A stretch of DNA of 62,692 nucleotides, filler included. It is 9 parts of 9 records of this genome, joined end to end, with 100 filler letters (N's around TTAATTAATTAA, not from the genome) between each part and the next. Parts side by side here need not be neighbours in the genome. Positions count along the whole stretch, not along the records: positions 57,199 to 62,692 come from SRR31147125_179672; 8 more parts are not named here. One strand, given 5' to 3'. The position numbers and the translations under genes are program-made. Position 1 is the stretch's first letter. Each line of letters opens with the position of its first letter. The notes beneath the pieces were generated by a model that worked only from the letters and a program-made list of their open reading frames with translations, made no database searches and had not been told where the DNA came from. Positions 60,101 through 62,692 of this stretch are shown here, in pieces.

Positions 60101-62692
60101 ATACCCGAGTCCACACACACACATACACACACACGAACCCTCTTGTTGCACACCAAACTTGCGTGGTTTTCGACACACAGAAGGCGGTGGTTCCATATAC
60201 AAATTATAGAATCCCAGCAACCAACCAACGGATTCACACGGCACGAAGAAGATCAATTTCTGTCATGACTCTCCCGTTCAATCTCCACATGGCCCGGGAT
60301 TTAAAAGAAGCGTCACGAACATTGGCTGGATCCCAAGCATCTTGGAACAAATCACAGTGCACACTCAAGCGGAGACTAGAGGAGCGAAATCCGGCCCATG
60401 TGTCCCTGTTCATGGGCTTTCCATAAGGACACACATCGTTACGTGCCTCTCCCACGTACTTGAGCAATACGTTGTGTTCTTTGCTGTACCTGTAGGGAAG
60501 GGGAAAAGTGACCTACACACCAGTACAATGGACACAAAACACGCACAGGTAGTGGTCCGTGGGATTTCTGCTGGTGCAATTCCAGTAGAACTGTATTTGC
60601 CCCTTCCATACAGGGGCATGGAGTGCCACGGGATCATTGGCATCACGAGTACCGCCCAGACAGCCTTGTTTCAAGGAGAATCTGTCTACACGCAAACTAG
60701 AAGGATCGTACATGTCAAACAGAGGGTATCTGATCTCACGTTGGCATCATCCACCTGGTGCGCCCCTGAATCACTTTGATGTTCATCTTGTCTGCACGAA
60801 CTTTCATGAAATCGCTCCGGTCGAAACTGAGTGAAACCCCCGAAGGTGAGACTTCGCGCTCAGGAGCTAGTGGTACGTACGGATTGATGTTGGCCAGCAA
60901 CTGAATGTGAGGACGAACAATCATGATACGAGCACGTCCGTGGAGAAGGAATCGAGCCTTGTCCCACCTGCGCGTCGTCACGATACAATTAGGACGAGTT
61001 TGCATTCAAATGTGAAAATGGCAGCACCAAGCAAGCGGGGGACTTGGATCTCGAGTTGCAGGGGTTAATCTTGATACTGCTGTGGACAAGTCCGCCAAGG
61101 CAAGCTCGTAGCTGTACGGCACACACACACATGAATCATACACGAGGAACGAACAATCACAGCACGCACCCGAGACCATATGAGAGACGTGGAAGGGCAA
61201 TGTTCATCTGCATATCGTGAAACACCTTGCGAGAAGTGGCTGTTCGGACGATGTGTACTGTTCGTCCCGCCACCACAACCGGAACGCGAGTAATAAAGGA
61301 AGGCGGAGGTAATTCCTCTGCCAGGATGATTGCACCATTTGCGCGCATCTCTTGGCAGCTCATCAGGGGCAAGGGGAATCTACGAGCGAAGGGGCGGTTG
61401 GTTCGTGTGCGTGCACGCCCACACCGACCAGGTAACCCACCCCCGCAAGACAATCTCCATATTCTTGATGGAGAGTTTGGCATTCCCTGCGTAAACACTT
61501 TCCCAAATTGGCTTTGTAGCCACATTCCTCGGTTCATCCAATTTGTTGAGATGTCCAATCCAGTCTTCCTGACCTGTATCCACAAAAAGATTCCTACACA
61601 ATACACAGTGCGAAATGCGAAAACTCAAACCAGAAATACTCCACACGTACATGAATCCCATGCGGACGATAAGCAGGGAGGCAATATCGCGTGTGGAATT
61701 CTTCACATGATCGATGCGCTTTCGATAGATTGTTGCATTCTTCTTAACCAACAGTTCGCGCATCTTATTGGCCTGGGGATAGTGTTGGGATCGGTCTATG
61801 GATACTCCCACACCCAGTCCGTGTCCTACCTTTCCTCTCGTCAGCTCGCCTGGTAACGACGCAATTTTTCGTTCTAGAAGCTCTTCGCGTCGTGCTTGCT
61901 CGGGTCGTTCATCCGCCCACAAAAGAGACACTTGCGAGAGGTGCGTTTCCATTGGATCATCCGCAATCTCGAATTGAAGCTCGGTGATATTAACACGAAA
62001 TCGTCTCCCAAGCCCCGCTGCAAGCTGTGTACCACTCAACTCCTCTGAAAAAAAAAAGAAAGGGATACACATTGGTGTCAGGAGATGGCCACGATTGGCG
62101 AGGGACCAACGTACCCGAGTCAATTCCTTTTCGTCTCACTCGGAGTGCTTTCACGTGGATCAACATATCTTCAGTGGCTGCTCCAAAGTCCAGTGTGTGG
62201 GGCAGGATAAATCGAGGACGCATAGCCTCGATTACCAAGGTGGGAGGTTGGTGCGTGGGTACGGGTACAGAGGAAACGTTTGACACATCACGTCGATGAC
62301 GAGATCCCATGTTCCCTTCGTCAAGAGGTGCATCGGGAATCTGGAAGTTTTCGTCATAAGTCGAAGAGGGAACACCTTGTGTATAAAGGAAAGGAGGCCA
62401 TACGTTTGTGGGAAGGACGTAGAGGAGGGAGGACAGTCCCTTGGGAGAGGGGGTGCCGATTGACACTTGCGTTTGGGTAGGGACACAATCGTATCGCAAT
62501 CAGGTCTTGAGGGGGCGTCACACACGGTCCACATTCCTACAAAAACCTACCGTGTGCGCTGCTCGGGTTGCAAGAGGCTCATGAAGTCTTCCGTTGATTG
62601 GGATCGTGCCCGCACCATCCCGCCGCCATCTTTCATGATTCTGAGATCAAGCAACTGGTGGAATCTCTCAGGTGCCATTCCGATCGCCCTCC
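57199..62692 (-). CDS. BLTP2: bridge-like lipid transfer protein BLTP2/Fmp27/Hobbit/SABRE homologue, multi-exon internal fragment
   Basis: Exons encode FEIADDPMET...E..RREELL..KI, FPLPL...G.IILAE...KVFHD and, after removing intron 60968-61027, DPSPPLAWWDKARFLLHG (GFWDK-type signature). Confident core is ~60850-62050; exons outside it are inferred. Confidence 0.8.

Noticed and set aside
1-62692. CRISPR arrays, tRNA/rRNA genes, transposases, phage or defence genes
   Set aside because: None recognised on either strand by eye.

Overview
This is not one locus. It is nine unrelated contigs joined by eight identical 100-nt artificial spacers (44 N + TTAATTAATTAA + 44 N). Six contigs are bacterial. 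Contig 1-5211 looks spirochaetal (M20-like hydrolase, gpgS, tsaC, ftsB-like gene, very acidic protein). Contigs 15052-20152, 20253-27282, 27383-35277, 35378-40950 and 41051-47206 look like Desulfobacterota-type anaerobes (livGF, recN, FapA-like, HDOD regulator, coaE, HD-GYP, panG-panB-panC, TIGR01212 radical SAM, mnmG, recBC, rlmN, SDR, ThiI-like, ETF-QO). Three contigs (5312-14951, 47307-57098, 57199-62692) are eukaryotic, with short GT-AG spliceosomal introns that the ORF track cannot model. They carry the last exon of PHF5A/Rds3, a very large coiled-coil gene with about 20 introns and a recurring QRDAEWK motif, a BLTP2/Fmp27/Hobbit lipid-transfer gene, and a giant (>3200 aa, both ends missing) surface-type protein built from two tandem repeat families, one of them prokaryote-like. 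That spliced repeat protein is the best candidate for undescribed biology. The runner-up is an active-site-degenerate M20 protein overlapping gpgS. Most frameshifts lie in homopolymer runs and are probably sequencing errors. Taxonomic and family calls come from motif recognition only; no searches were run.
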